This document shows, piece after piece, positions 1 to 6,204 of a DNA stretch of 41,643 nucleotides. Location: the IMG/VR virus record IMGVR_UViG_3300046716_000020; one strand, given 5' to 3'. Origin of the DNA: a virus. How positions within the stretch are numbered: position 1 is the first letter of the stretch; every line of letters starts with the position of its first letter. Made by a program: the position numbers and the translations under genes. The notes beneath the pieces were generated by a model that worked only from the letters and a program-made list of their open reading frames with translations, did not search any database and was not told the origin of the DNA.

Positions 1-28
1 TCTTCGTCATACCCATAGCCTAGCGTAC
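1..28. repeat. 28-nt closing overlap: window start equals window end (circular or terminally redundant representation)
   Basis: tcttcgtcatacccatagcctagcgtac at 1-28 is identical to 41616-41643. A minus-strand gene (41365..41625) and its promoter (44..17) span the junction. Confidence 0.9.
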
Positions 29-44
29 CCAGTTCAGATTGCAA
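17..44 (-). promoter_or_regulatory. Promoter family copy W: TTGCAA (44..39), 16-nt spacer tctgaactgggtacgc, TAGGCT (22..17), 6 nt, ATG (10..8 = 41625..41623)
   Basis: Read on the minus strand. Same architecture as five other copies. The ATG of the junction-spanning gene lies 6 nt after the -10 (leaderless geometry). Confidence 0.6.
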
Positions 45-53
45 CTGGGTACG
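24..53. terminator. 11-bp perfect stem-loop (cgtacccagtt / aactgggtacg, 8-nt loop) overlapping the -35 and spacer of promoter copy W; possible terminator for the upstream leftward genes or an operator
   Basis: Arms at 24-34 and 43-53 are exact reverse complements. Confidence 0.45.
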
Positions 54-74
54 CCAAGATTCTTCTCATTATTT

Positions 75-203
75 TCAAAACCTTCTGGGCGGGCGCATCA
101 TGATCACGGCCAGGGAGAGCGCGGCAAGGCCTGCGACCCCATACATCTCCGCCCGCCCCACACGCGGCAGGCGCTGAGCGGCGATCACCGCCCAGCCGTA
201 CAC
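75..203 (-). CDS. Possible small hydrophobic protein (42 aa from a GTG start), hypothetical
   Basis: Distal part of ORF 75..269 (VYGWAVIAAQRL...MYGVAGLAALSLAVIMM) has G/C-rich third positions. No clear SD and the start is uncertain. Confidence 0.25.
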   Translation of the reverse strand: MYGWAVIAAQRLPRVGRAEMYGVAGLAALSLAVIMMRPPRRF

Positions 204-252
204 ATGCAGGGGGCGGAGAGGTGCGAGCCTCTGTGGCGTCCGGTGACTGGTC

Positions 253-1023
253 CTAGGATGTAGATACATAGGTACGCCTCACGACTCGACCGCCGTACCG
301 GACCAGCTCCAACCCCTGCCGGTTCCATGGATCCATCCCGCCGTACACCCCACCCAACGATCCCGGGGCATCGCCCTCAGTCCGCACAATCCACTCCCGG
401 CACTCCAGCAGGATCGGACAGAGCAGGCAGAGCGCCTTAGCCGCTGATCGCTCGGTGACACCCTGCTTCGTGAAATCCGTGTTGAAGCCGAGATCAGCGG
501 TCGCGACATCCCGCCGGCAAAGGGCCTTCCTCCAGTCCGGACTATCGGACACGACGGGCTTGCTAAGCCGCTTCTTCCGCCGAGCCTCGCTCTCCAGTCG
601 GCGTTTCCTCTGTTCACTCCGATCCATGTCCTTGCGATACTTGGACAGGAGGGCGAGCGCTCGCGGGCAGACGCAGCTACCCTGCGCCCGGTACCGTCCG
701 CCGCGTGCGGCGTAAAGCGTGTTGTGCGACGCCGCGGGGCATTCCTCCAAGACCATCCATGGTCCGAGTAGCAGCCATCGGGGGATGGTCGATCGTCCGC
801 GTCCTAGTCCGACAGTCGACGGAAGGCCACGCTCATCCCGGCGCCTGACGTTCCATTGCCGCGTCCGCTCGCGCTCACGCTCGATCAGTGCCAAGCCTCG
901 CGGACAGATGCAAGGTTTCGTGCCCCTCCCCCTGGCCGAGCCGAGGGTGTTGTGCCGGATGGCTGGACAGTCGTCCAATACGCGCCACGGACCGTTCCCG
1001 GGAAGGTTGAACACGGTTGGCAT
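253..1023 (-). CDS. WhiB-like (Wbl) Fe-S transcription factor domain at the C-terminus, preceded by two tandem ~50-aa Cys-containing repeats
   Basis: C-terminus shows the Wbl pattern (C-Xn-C-X2-C-X5-C plus G[VI]WGG-like turn): CRRD...AKALCLLCPILLECREW...GGVYGGMDPWNR. N-terminus carries two copies of W.VL(D/E)(D/E)CPA..HNTL..ARG...C.CPR.LAL. The ATG overlaps the upstream stop (TGATG). Confidence 0.75.
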   Translation of the reverse strand: MPTVFNLPGNGPWRVLDDCPAIRHNTLGSARGRGTKPCICPRGLALIERERERTRQWNVRRRDERGLPSTVGLGRGRSTIPRWLLLGPWMVLEECPAASHNTLYAARGGRYRAQGSCVCPRALALLSKYRKDMDRSEQRKRRLESEARRKKRLSKPVVSDSPDWRKALCRRDVATADLGFNTDFTKQGVTERSAAKALCLLCPILLECREWIVRTEGDAPGSLGGVYGGMDPWNRQGLELVRYGGRVVRRTYVSTS

Positions 1024-1103
1024 CAGTTGGCCACCCCGATCAGAATCGAGCAGACGCCAAGCAGTATCAGGTAGATTCCGCCGATGAAGTCGAGTGGTTT
1101 CAT
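1023..1103 (-). CDS. 26-aa single-TM micro-protein (MKPLDFIGGIYLILLGVCSILIGVAN)
   Basis: Absent from the ORF track (under 60 aa). ATGA overlap with the upstream gene stop at 1100-1103 and TGATG overlap with the downstream ATG at 1023. Hydrophobic core. Confidence 0.5.
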   Translation of the reverse strand: MKPLDFIGGIYLILLGVCSILIGVAN

Positions 1104-1309
1104 GATCTTCCGCCCCGCTTCCGTCCGGGCCTTTTGTGACTTGTGATGTGATAGTGCTCGCCCCACGTGCAGCGATATGTCATCCCCTGCCCCGGCCGAG
1201 CCTTACGGCCATCCCGCAAGCGGCGTAGCTCGTCCTGCGCTTCTTCTTTCGTCGGGTAGATGTCCTTGTGTCCCGGACCGTTGCACTTCTCGCGTGGAAT
1301 CCTGTTCAT
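1100..1309 (-). CDS. Hypothetical small basic protein (69 aa)
   Basis: ORF 1100..1321. Internal ATG at 1309 forms an ATGA overlap with the stop of the upstream gene (1306-1308). Contains CNGPGH...YRCTWGEHYH. Confidence 0.65.
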   Translation of the reverse strand: MNRIPREKCNGPGHKDIYPTKEEAQDELRRLRDGRKARPGQGMTYRCTWGEHYHITSHKRPGRKRGGRS

Positions 1310-1530
1310 CGTTGCCGCCATTTCCTCGACCGGTACGCTTCCGTAGCTTCCCAGTCGTCAGGGTTGTAATGCGTTTCGTACGCCTCGGTCAGATCGGAGA
1401 CTTCGAACTTCTCCGGCCTTCTGATAGCGGAATTAACGCGCTTCCCGCACCACGTACAGTTTCCGTTACGGTCCCCGTTGTCGTGTCCGCTGACGCTTTC
1501 AGGACACCCGTAGACTTCCGTGTCATCCAT
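1306..1530 (-). CDS. Hypothetical Cys-containing (zinc-ribbon-like) protein, 74 aa
   Basis: ORF 1306..1542. ATG at 1530 is preceded by GGAGAG with 5-nt spacing. Cys pairs YGCPES...NCTWCGK. Confidence 0.65.
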   Translation of the reverse strand: MDDTEVYGCPESVSGHDNGDRNGNCTWCGKRVNSAIRRPEKFEVSDLTEAYETHYNPDDWEATEAYRSRKWRQR

Positions 1531-1625
1531 TGATCTCTCCAATTCCTCGCCATCAATCCGAGTACATAGATGATAGCGAGAATGCTCACCGCCAGTCCAG
1601 CGGTGAGCATTCCCACGGTAGTCAT
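1389..1625 (-). CDS. Possible TM micro-protein whose 3' two-thirds overprints gene 1306..1530 in another frame
   Basis: ATGA overlap with the stop of 1622..2413. N-terminal MTTVGMLTAGLAVSILAIIYVLGLMA is a clean TM helix filling an otherwise empty 92-nt gap. The overlapped tail has visibly lower third-position G+C than the competing frame. Confidence 0.3.
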   Translation of the reverse strand: MTTVGMLTAGLAVSILAIIYVLGLMARNWRDQWMTRKSTGVLKASADTTTGTVTETVRGAGSALIPLSEGRRSSKSPI

Positions 1626-2413
1626 CGCGAGATCAACCGCCGCATCATCTCCGTGTGCTCGGCCGGAACCTTGATCTCATCGAATCGAACCAACGCCTGC
1701 GGATTCCCCTTCAGGATCTTGGCTACCCGCAGATACTTGTAGAAAGTGCTGACCCCGATCCCGGTAGCCTCGTGCGCTTCCTGTGGCGTAGCTCCGTCGA
1801 CTGCCATCTCTACTACCTTCGCGGCGTCCCAGCGACCGCGAGGCTTGCGGGTCCGAACCGGTGCGGGGCTGATCGGGCGGGCATCCTCGGCGGGCTGCGG
1901 AAGTACCGACTCCAACCGCATGAACTCTTCGTCAAGATCCGAGAAGTTGATCGGAGCCACGTCCATGCGCTCACGCACCACCTTCGTGATGATCAACGTA
2001 GCCGTACAGCCGAACAGCATGCCGTCCACCGCGAGCGGTCCGTACGTCACGATCGGTCCGGGCTCGCCGCCGAGCGCGAAAAGGTGTGACTGGTGCAGAT
2101 AGGAACTGTAGGCGGCAACCCCACCGACCGGTACCCACAGCACCAACCGCGTGATTAGGTGTGCCCAGCTCTGTCCGCGCTTCCACGCGAAGCGAGCCCA
2201 CATCGTCCGTGTCAGAACTTCGATGGCGACATACGTCAGACCGGGCCACGCGATGGCGAACGGCAGGCGAAGTGCGAGGGGGATGCTTGTCTCGGTCAGC
2301 ACGGTTTCTGCCACGTTGGCCGTGATGCTAAGCGAGAAACCCATCAGCACTCCGAGGTACGCCCACGCGCGGCCGGGGGGGAGGTTCCTGATGAAACGGA
2401 TCATGTTTCGCAT
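1622..2413 (-). CDS. DUF2637-like polytopic membrane protein with C-terminal helix-turn-helix
   Basis: Several TM segments and PLAVDGML (DUF2637-type P..DG motif). C-terminal GATPQEAHEATGIGVSTFYKYLR is an HTH. ATG 2413 is preceded by AGGAAGG. The longer track start lies inside the promoter. Confidence 0.75.
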   Translation of the reverse strand: MRNMIRFIRNLPPGRAWAYLGVLMGFSLSITANVAETVLTETSIPLALRLPFAIAWPGLTYVAIEVLTRTMWARFAWKRGQSWAHLITRLVLWVPVGGVAAYSSYLHQSHLFALGGEPGPIVTYGPLAVDGMLFGCTATLIITKVVRERMDVAPINFSDLDEEFMRLESVLPQPAEDARPISPAPVRTRKPRGRWDAAKVVEMAVDGATPQEAHEATGIGVSTFYKYLRVAKILKGNPQALVRFDEIKVPAEHTEMMRRLISR

Positions 2414-2492
2414 GAGTGGTGCCTTCCTGCTCGATCGACTTGGTGCGCCGGGGCTGTGGCTGTTTGGGCTCCGCAACCCCGGCACTGCAACC

Positions 2493-2521
2493 AATCTAGC
2501 AGACGTCAGTTCAGATCACAA
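2493..2521 (-). promoter_or_regulatory. Promoter family copy: TTGTGA (2521..2516), 17 nt tctgaactgacgtctgc, TAGATT (2498..2493)
   Basis: Read on the minus strand, flanked by the 7-bp inverted repeat ctagcag/ctgctag. This is the only copy followed by a roughly 70-80 nt leader before its gene (ATG 2413). Confidence 0.65.
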
Positions 2522-2524
2522 CTG

Positions 2525-2668
2525 CTAGCCGTTGACGGTCTGCCCGCAGCGGCACTTGTGCATGCCGTAGCAGTTGGTCAGCATGCACTGATGTGTGTGC
2601 TCAGATCCGTTCCAACGGAAACCGCACTGCCGTTTGGGCCGCTTCGGTGGCTGATTCTTACGTCCCAT
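2525..2668 (-). CDS. Cys/His-rich 47-aa protein (MGRKNQPPKRPKRQCGFRWNGSEHTHQCMLTNCYGMHKCRCGQTVNG)
   Basis: Internal ATG 2668 overlaps the upstream stop (TGATG). The N-terminal extension in the track lacks support. Confidence 0.55.
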   Translation of the reverse strand: MGRKNQPPKRPKRQCGFRWNGSEHTHQCMLTNCYGMHKCRCGQTVNG

Positions 2669-3351
2669 CACGCTGTCGCCGTCCCCTCTCCACAACGCCG
2701 CCAGCCGACGTTGCCAGGAATGTAATACCACCCCGCCATGCCCAGCATCTTGCGCCATAGCTCCACGGGCATCACGTCCTGCGGAAGCCGGCCGTCATCG
2801 AAAACGTGCCAGCCTGCGTCACTCATCGCCTGATCGGCCAGCTGCGAGCAGATCATGTGCCGACTCGACGTGACGTACCCGCGGATCGGCCCGTTCCTCA
2901 CGCCCGCGTGCAGGCCAGCGATCGCCACGTAGTCCAGGAAGGAATACGGCGTGCCGACGTAGAAGCGGGCGGCGGCAGCGACACGATCGGCTTGATTCGC
3001 CCACGCACCGGAAGGCCTAGCGCTGTACTCCGGACGGATGAACATGTACTCACCCGTCCAATGCTCGAGTCCGATGGAAATCTCTTCAGCACCGGACGGC
3101 ATCGCCTGCACGATACGCGGGTCAAAGGTGTGATCCCCTCGGCCCGTAGTGTGGCTCGCCTCCACCACTACCGCGACATGATCCACATTCCACTCGCCCT
3201 TACGCGTACGCGCGAACAGCCACTGCCCCAATGACACCGGGAACGTTCCCGGCATGAACTGGAGTCGGCCAGGGAGGAAGCGGGGGAGAGTGTTCCCGAT
3301 CGGTCCGAGCATGATGTCACCGGGCCGGAGCGTGTCCATCCCGAGACTCAT
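2668..3351 (-). CDS. Putative papain-like (NlpC/P60-superfamily, permuted YiiX/C92-like) cysteine hydrolase
   Basis: His-before-Cys order (DHVAVVVE ... SSRHMICSQLADQ), typical of permuted papain-fold amidases. ATGA overlap with the upstream gene at 3348-3351. Confidence 0.6.
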   Translation of the reverse strand: MSLGMDTLRPGDIMLGPIGNTLPRFLPGRLQFMPGTFPVSLGQWLFARTRKGEWNVDHVAVVVEASHTTGRGDHTFDPRIVQAMPSGAEEISIGLEHWTGEYMFIRPEYSARPSGAWANQADRVAAAARFYVGTPYSFLDYVAIAGLHAGVRNGPIRGYVTSSRHMICSQLADQAMSDAGWHVFDDGRLPQDVMPVELWRKMLGMAGWYYIPGNVGWRRCGEGTATA

Positions 3352-3680
3352 GCCGGATCCACCCTGAAGCTATGGAACGGCATCGGTGCGTTATATTGAA
3401 TGCCATTACCGGGGCGCACTCGCTGCCGGAAGGCCTGATGGCCAAGATTGGTAGACGTGGTGACGATGACATCATTCTCCGGACGAGAGTCGCGGAACAT
3501 CTCATCTAGGAATTCATTGTCGGGAATGAAGGTGATGTTCATCGTCACCTTGCCGTAACCGTCCCGGGTGACAGTTACTCCCGGGTTCAGTAGCGCGTAG
3601 TCCTCCAGGTCATCCGAATGCCGATGAAAGAAATCGACGATCATCTGATTCATCTCGGACAGCAGTTTCTGCTTCGCCAT
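3348..3680 (-). CDS. Hypothetical protein (110 aa)
   Basis: ORF 3348..3740. ATG 3680 (MAKQKLL) is preceded by GAGGAA. Confidence 0.65.
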   Translation of the reverse strand: MAKQKLLSEMNQMIVDFFHRHSDDLEDYALLNPGVTVTRDGYGKVTMNITFIPDNEFLDEMFRDSRPENDVIVTTSTNLGHQAFRQRVRPGNGIQYNAPMPFHSFRVDPA

Positions 3681-3684
3681 AGCC

Positions 3685-3891
3685 CTATTCCTCGGGTTCC
3701 CGGTAATCCCGTGGGGAATTGCGTGTCGAGTGATCGACAATCAAACCCGCCCACGGGTCAAGCTCGATGTCAGGCGTGCTGCTGTTGCTCGCGCCGCCGG
3801 TGTTGGTGACGAGCGATGTCCCGCCGTTCTCACCGACGTCGAGAATGGCGATGACTCTACAGCCGGACCAAATACGGATGGTCTTGCCCAT
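3685..3891 (-). CDS. Hypothetical protein (68 aa)
   Basis: ATG 3891 is preceded by AGGAAGGTGA. It sits just downstream of terminator 3915-3947. Confidence 0.6.
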   Translation of the reverse strand: MGKTIRIWSGCRVIAILDVGENGGTSLVTNTGGASNSSTPDIELDPWAGLIVDHSTRNSPRDYREPEE

Positions 3892-3914
3892 CGTTCACCT
3901 TCCTGAAATACGAA

Positions 3915-3947
3915 GAAGGGCGGAGCGCTTCCCACGCTCCGCCCTTC
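3915..3947 (-). terminator. Intrinsic-terminator-like hairpin (13-bp perfect stem GAAGGGCGGAGCG/CGCTCCGCCCTTC, 7-nt loop)
   Basis: Lies between minus-strand genes 3975..4352 and 3685..3891. On the minus strand it is followed by TTCGTATTTC. Confidence 0.6.
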
Positions 3948-3974
3948 CGGTCTTTGCCCCCTGGCCGACTCTTG

Positions 3975-4352
3975 CTACTTCGCGGCCCGGCCTCGGGTGG
4001 TGGGGACAGCAGGCACGGCCGGCGCCGGGCTGTCCTGCTTCTCCTCGGTCTGATCCGGGGTGCTCTCACCCTCGGTCGCGGGATCGGTGGCGGCAGGGAC
4101 GGCGAGCAGCTTGCGCTCACCGGTCAGCTTGCGCTTGACCCACAGGGACACGAGTTCGCCGTCCGCGGTGATGCTGACGATGGATCGAGTGGCCTCGGAA
4201 CCGATCTTGTCGTGCTCGGTGATCGACGCCGTGTAGTCCACGTCCTTGGCGAAGCCGACCTTCTTGGCGTGGTAGGCCATCGTCTCGACGTCGCCGTAGG
4301 CCTGCGCGAGAAGCTCGCCGTCCTTGCTGGACACGGTGATCTGATAGGTCAT
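3975..4352 (-). CDS. Hypothetical protein (125 aa) with Pro/Ala/Thr-rich tail
   Basis: ORF 3975..4397. ATG 4352 (MTYQITVSS) is preceded by AGGAAGG. Confidence 0.65.
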   Translation of the reverse strand: MTYQITVSSKDGELLAQAYGDVETMAYHAKKVGFAKDVDYTASITEHDKIGSEATRSIVSITADGELVSLWVKRKLTGERKLLAVPAATDPATEGESTPDQTEEKQDSPAPAVPAVPTTRGRAAK

Positions 4353-4403
4353 GATTCGTATTGCCTTCCTGCTCAGAGGAGAACGCCGTTCTGACATTCT
4401 GAG

Positions 4404-4482
4404 TCCCGTTCGTGCGCCGATCTCTCCGCTTTCCGGAACCGTTTATCCGGTAGTTCGGTTCCCAATCGAGGCACGAACGGGA
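4404..4482 (-). other. Nested stem-loop in an intergenic spacer (outer 12-bp stem tcccgttcgtgc/gcacgaacggga; inner 7-bp ggaaccg/cggttcc)
   Basis: Outer arms at 4404-4415 and 4471-4482; inner arms at 4435-4441 and 4456-4462. Located between two co-oriented minus genes. Confidence 0.4.
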
Positions 4483-4492
4483 GTGCAGAAGA

Positions 4493-5092
4493 TCAGCGCG
4501 AAAGCTTGATCTCCGTGATCCACGACGGGTTACCGCCGGGGTTCGGCTTCTGACCGATCCGCTTGACGCTGAGCGTCATACCGATCATCTCCTGCTCCGA
4601 CCGGACTCCGAGCCGCTGAATCTCAGCACGGATCCGCTTCAGATCCTCGCCCGACGCGTAGAACGCGCGGGTGCCGTCGTCGGGAAGGTTCGCATCCCGG
4701 TTGACGGCCGCAGCCTCGCCCGGTGTGAAGCGGTACTCGGTCGCGAGCACGATCACCGTGTCCTTGACCGGATCGAGCTTCTCACCGGTGATGTGATCGG
4801 TGGGCGTGAAAGCGATCTTCTTACCGTCCGCCAGCGGCGACTTCGGCCAGTATTTCGGCTTCTTCGTCGCCATATCCCGCGAGTGCACATCGTACGGCTT
4901 CGCCGTGATCCGGCCCACGCGCTCCGTTCCCAGCAAGTGGGTCTTGTTCAGCAGCGATGGCGGAAGAACCGGCCCGCCGAAGAGCTGACTCTGTTCACCC
5001 GCGAACGACGTCGTGAGATTGCCCGACGTGTCGGCAACCTGAGCGGTTGCCTGCGCGGCAGCGGCTGCCGCCTGCTCAAACTGATCCGTCAT
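4493..5092 (-). CDS. Hypothetical protein (199 aa), Ala-rich N-terminus
   Basis: Long ORF with a coding-like composition. No motif I can name. Confidence 0.75.
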   Translation of the reverse strand: MTDQFEQAAAAAAQATAQVADTSGNLTTSFAGEQSQLFGGPVLPPSLLNKTHLLGTERVGRITAKPYDVHSRDMATKKPKYWPKSPLADGKKIAFTPTDHITGEKLDPVKDTVIVLATEYRFTPGEAAAVNRDANLPDDGTRAFYASGEDLKRIRAEIQRLGVRSEQEMIGMTLSVKRIGQKPNPGGNPSWITEIKLSR

Positions 5093-5132
5093 GCTCGTCT
5101 ACCTTTCAGCTCATCCTGTGCAACATATTGCG

Positions 5133-5232
5133 TGCTCCCGGCCGGATTCGAACCGACACTTTCCGATTACCCCCGGGGTGGATACCGTTGCCGATTCCTC
5201 AAGGGGTGTCATCCTGACGGATGATCGGGAGA
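5133..5232 (-). ncRNA. tRNA-like element 1 (canonical T-arm plus acceptor pairing; non-canonical, about 100 nt)
   Basis: Minus strand reads GTCGG-TTCGAAT-CCGGC (5157..5141), then CGGGAGC-A (5140..5133). Partner strand TCTCCCG at 5232..5226 gives 6/7 pairs. A D-arm-like CATC-CGTCAG-GATG follows. No 5-bp/7-nt anticodon arm can be drawn. Confidence 0.35.
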
Positions 5233-5358
5233 CCACTCGGCGTCAGGTCACCGGGGCTGAGCTACCCGGCTAGGAAACGCGGCATGCGGACCGCGCCCGA
5301 CCCTGTGAAGCTGTGTAGTTGTGAGGTCTACTCTAGTGCATTAACCGACTGACCGCAA

Positions 5359-5727
5359 CTAAATCAGGCCTTGACGCTTCGCCTCCTTGTGCAACAAAGC
5401 CTCGTAAGCCTTGGGGTGCATCTGATCCCGCAGAGGCACGTTATGACGGTAGTTGTCTTTCGTGCCGCCACCCTTCAGTCCCGCGACGATCCCGCCGAAG
5501 TCCAGTCGGCGAGAGAGCGTACCCTCGAAATCGAAGGTGCCCTTACGCTCGTAGTCCTTGTCCAGCTTGCGAACCGGGGTGTCCTTGAGCTTGCCGTTAC
5601 CTAGATGCTCGGCGCGCATCGGATCGAAACCGGTTACGGTCTTACCCTTGCGGATCTCGGCGAGGATCTGCTTTGGCGTCATCCGGGCAGCCTGCCGCGA
5701 CGAGATGTCAGCCTTCTTGCGGAACAT
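5359..5727 (-). CDS. Hypothetical basic protein (122 aa)
   Basis: ORF flanked on both sides by long ORF-free spacers (5093-5358 and 5728-6204). Confidence 0.7.
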   Translation of the reverse strand: MFRKKADISSRQAARMTPKQILAEIRKGKTVTGFDPMRAEHLGNGKLKDTPVRKLDKDYERKGTFDFEGTLSRRLDFGGIVAGLKGGGTKDNYRHNVPLRDQMHPKAYEALLHKEAKRQGLI

Positions 5728-5843
5728 ACTTCCCCGATCAGTTCAGTTCGTGATGTGTCGTGCACTGGCCTTGCCACCTACCAGCACGTCCCGTCACCCG
5801 AAGTAGCTTATACAGTCAAACCGGCGGGACTTCCCTAAGCACG

Positions 5844-5929
5844 TGCTCCCTGCGGACTTGAACCGCTTCGCTCCTCGCGGAACTTTGACCATGTGGGCGC
5901 GTCCACCCGGAGCATGACCCTCGGGAGCA
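5844..5929 (-). ncRNA. tRNA-like element 2 (T-arm plus perfect 7-bp acceptor pairing; 86 nt; non-canonical core)
   Basis: Minus strand reads AGCGG-TTCAAGT-CCGCA (5867..5851), then GGGAGCA (5850..5844), which pairs perfectly with TGCTCCC (5929..5923). The interior does not fold into standard D or anticodon arms. The ends are paralogous to element 1. Confidence 0.35.
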
Positions 5930-6204
5930 AGGCCGAGAGCGCGACTCAATCGCCTTCTCTCCCGGAGTCCCGAGGGATGAAACCTTGCCCTGCTAGCCGC
6001 TGCCTATTCGGTGGACGATACGGCCATACGTCCGGCGCCGCCTTCAGGCTACCCGCCCAGCTTCAGCGGACCTTCCGGTTTATATGCAAGGTTGAGCAGA
6101 ACGGCGGATCGTACCCGCATTCCATCTCTTCGGAAGCGGGGGATCGTACCCCCTGGCCACTTCCTAGCTAACTCCCTTACAAGACAAACACTACCCGCAC
6201 TCAG

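Noticed and set aside
39-263. Plus-strand ORF 39..263 (74 aa)
   Set aside because: It lies on the wrong strand for this arm, overlaps the junction promoter and hairpin, and has a poor, His/Arg/Pro-rich sequence.
5728-5760. Promoter-family copy directly upstream of ATG 5727 (contains GAACTGAACTGATC)
   Set aside because: The -35 position reads CACGAA or ATCACG, and the would-be -10 (AAGTAT) overlaps the ATG itself. At most it is a regulator half-site, not a functional family promoter.
5133-5929. Calling the two elements ordinary tRNA genes, or an attP core made of a host tRNA 3' end
   Set aside because: Neither element folds into a standard cloverleaf: no 5-bp/7-nt anticodon arm, and lengths of about 100 and 86 nt. 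No integrase of any family is visible in the genome to use an attP, and there are two paralogous copies rather than one.
5844-6204. tmRNA hypothesis for the 5.8-6.2 kb spacer (T-arm plus acceptor at the 3' end, region length about 360 nt)
   Set aside because: The only sequence complementary to the 3' acceptor strand lies 86 nt upstream, not about 350 nt upstream. I found no GGGG-type 5' end. The candidate tag frames end in ...KLGG rather than a hydrophobic Ala-rich tail.
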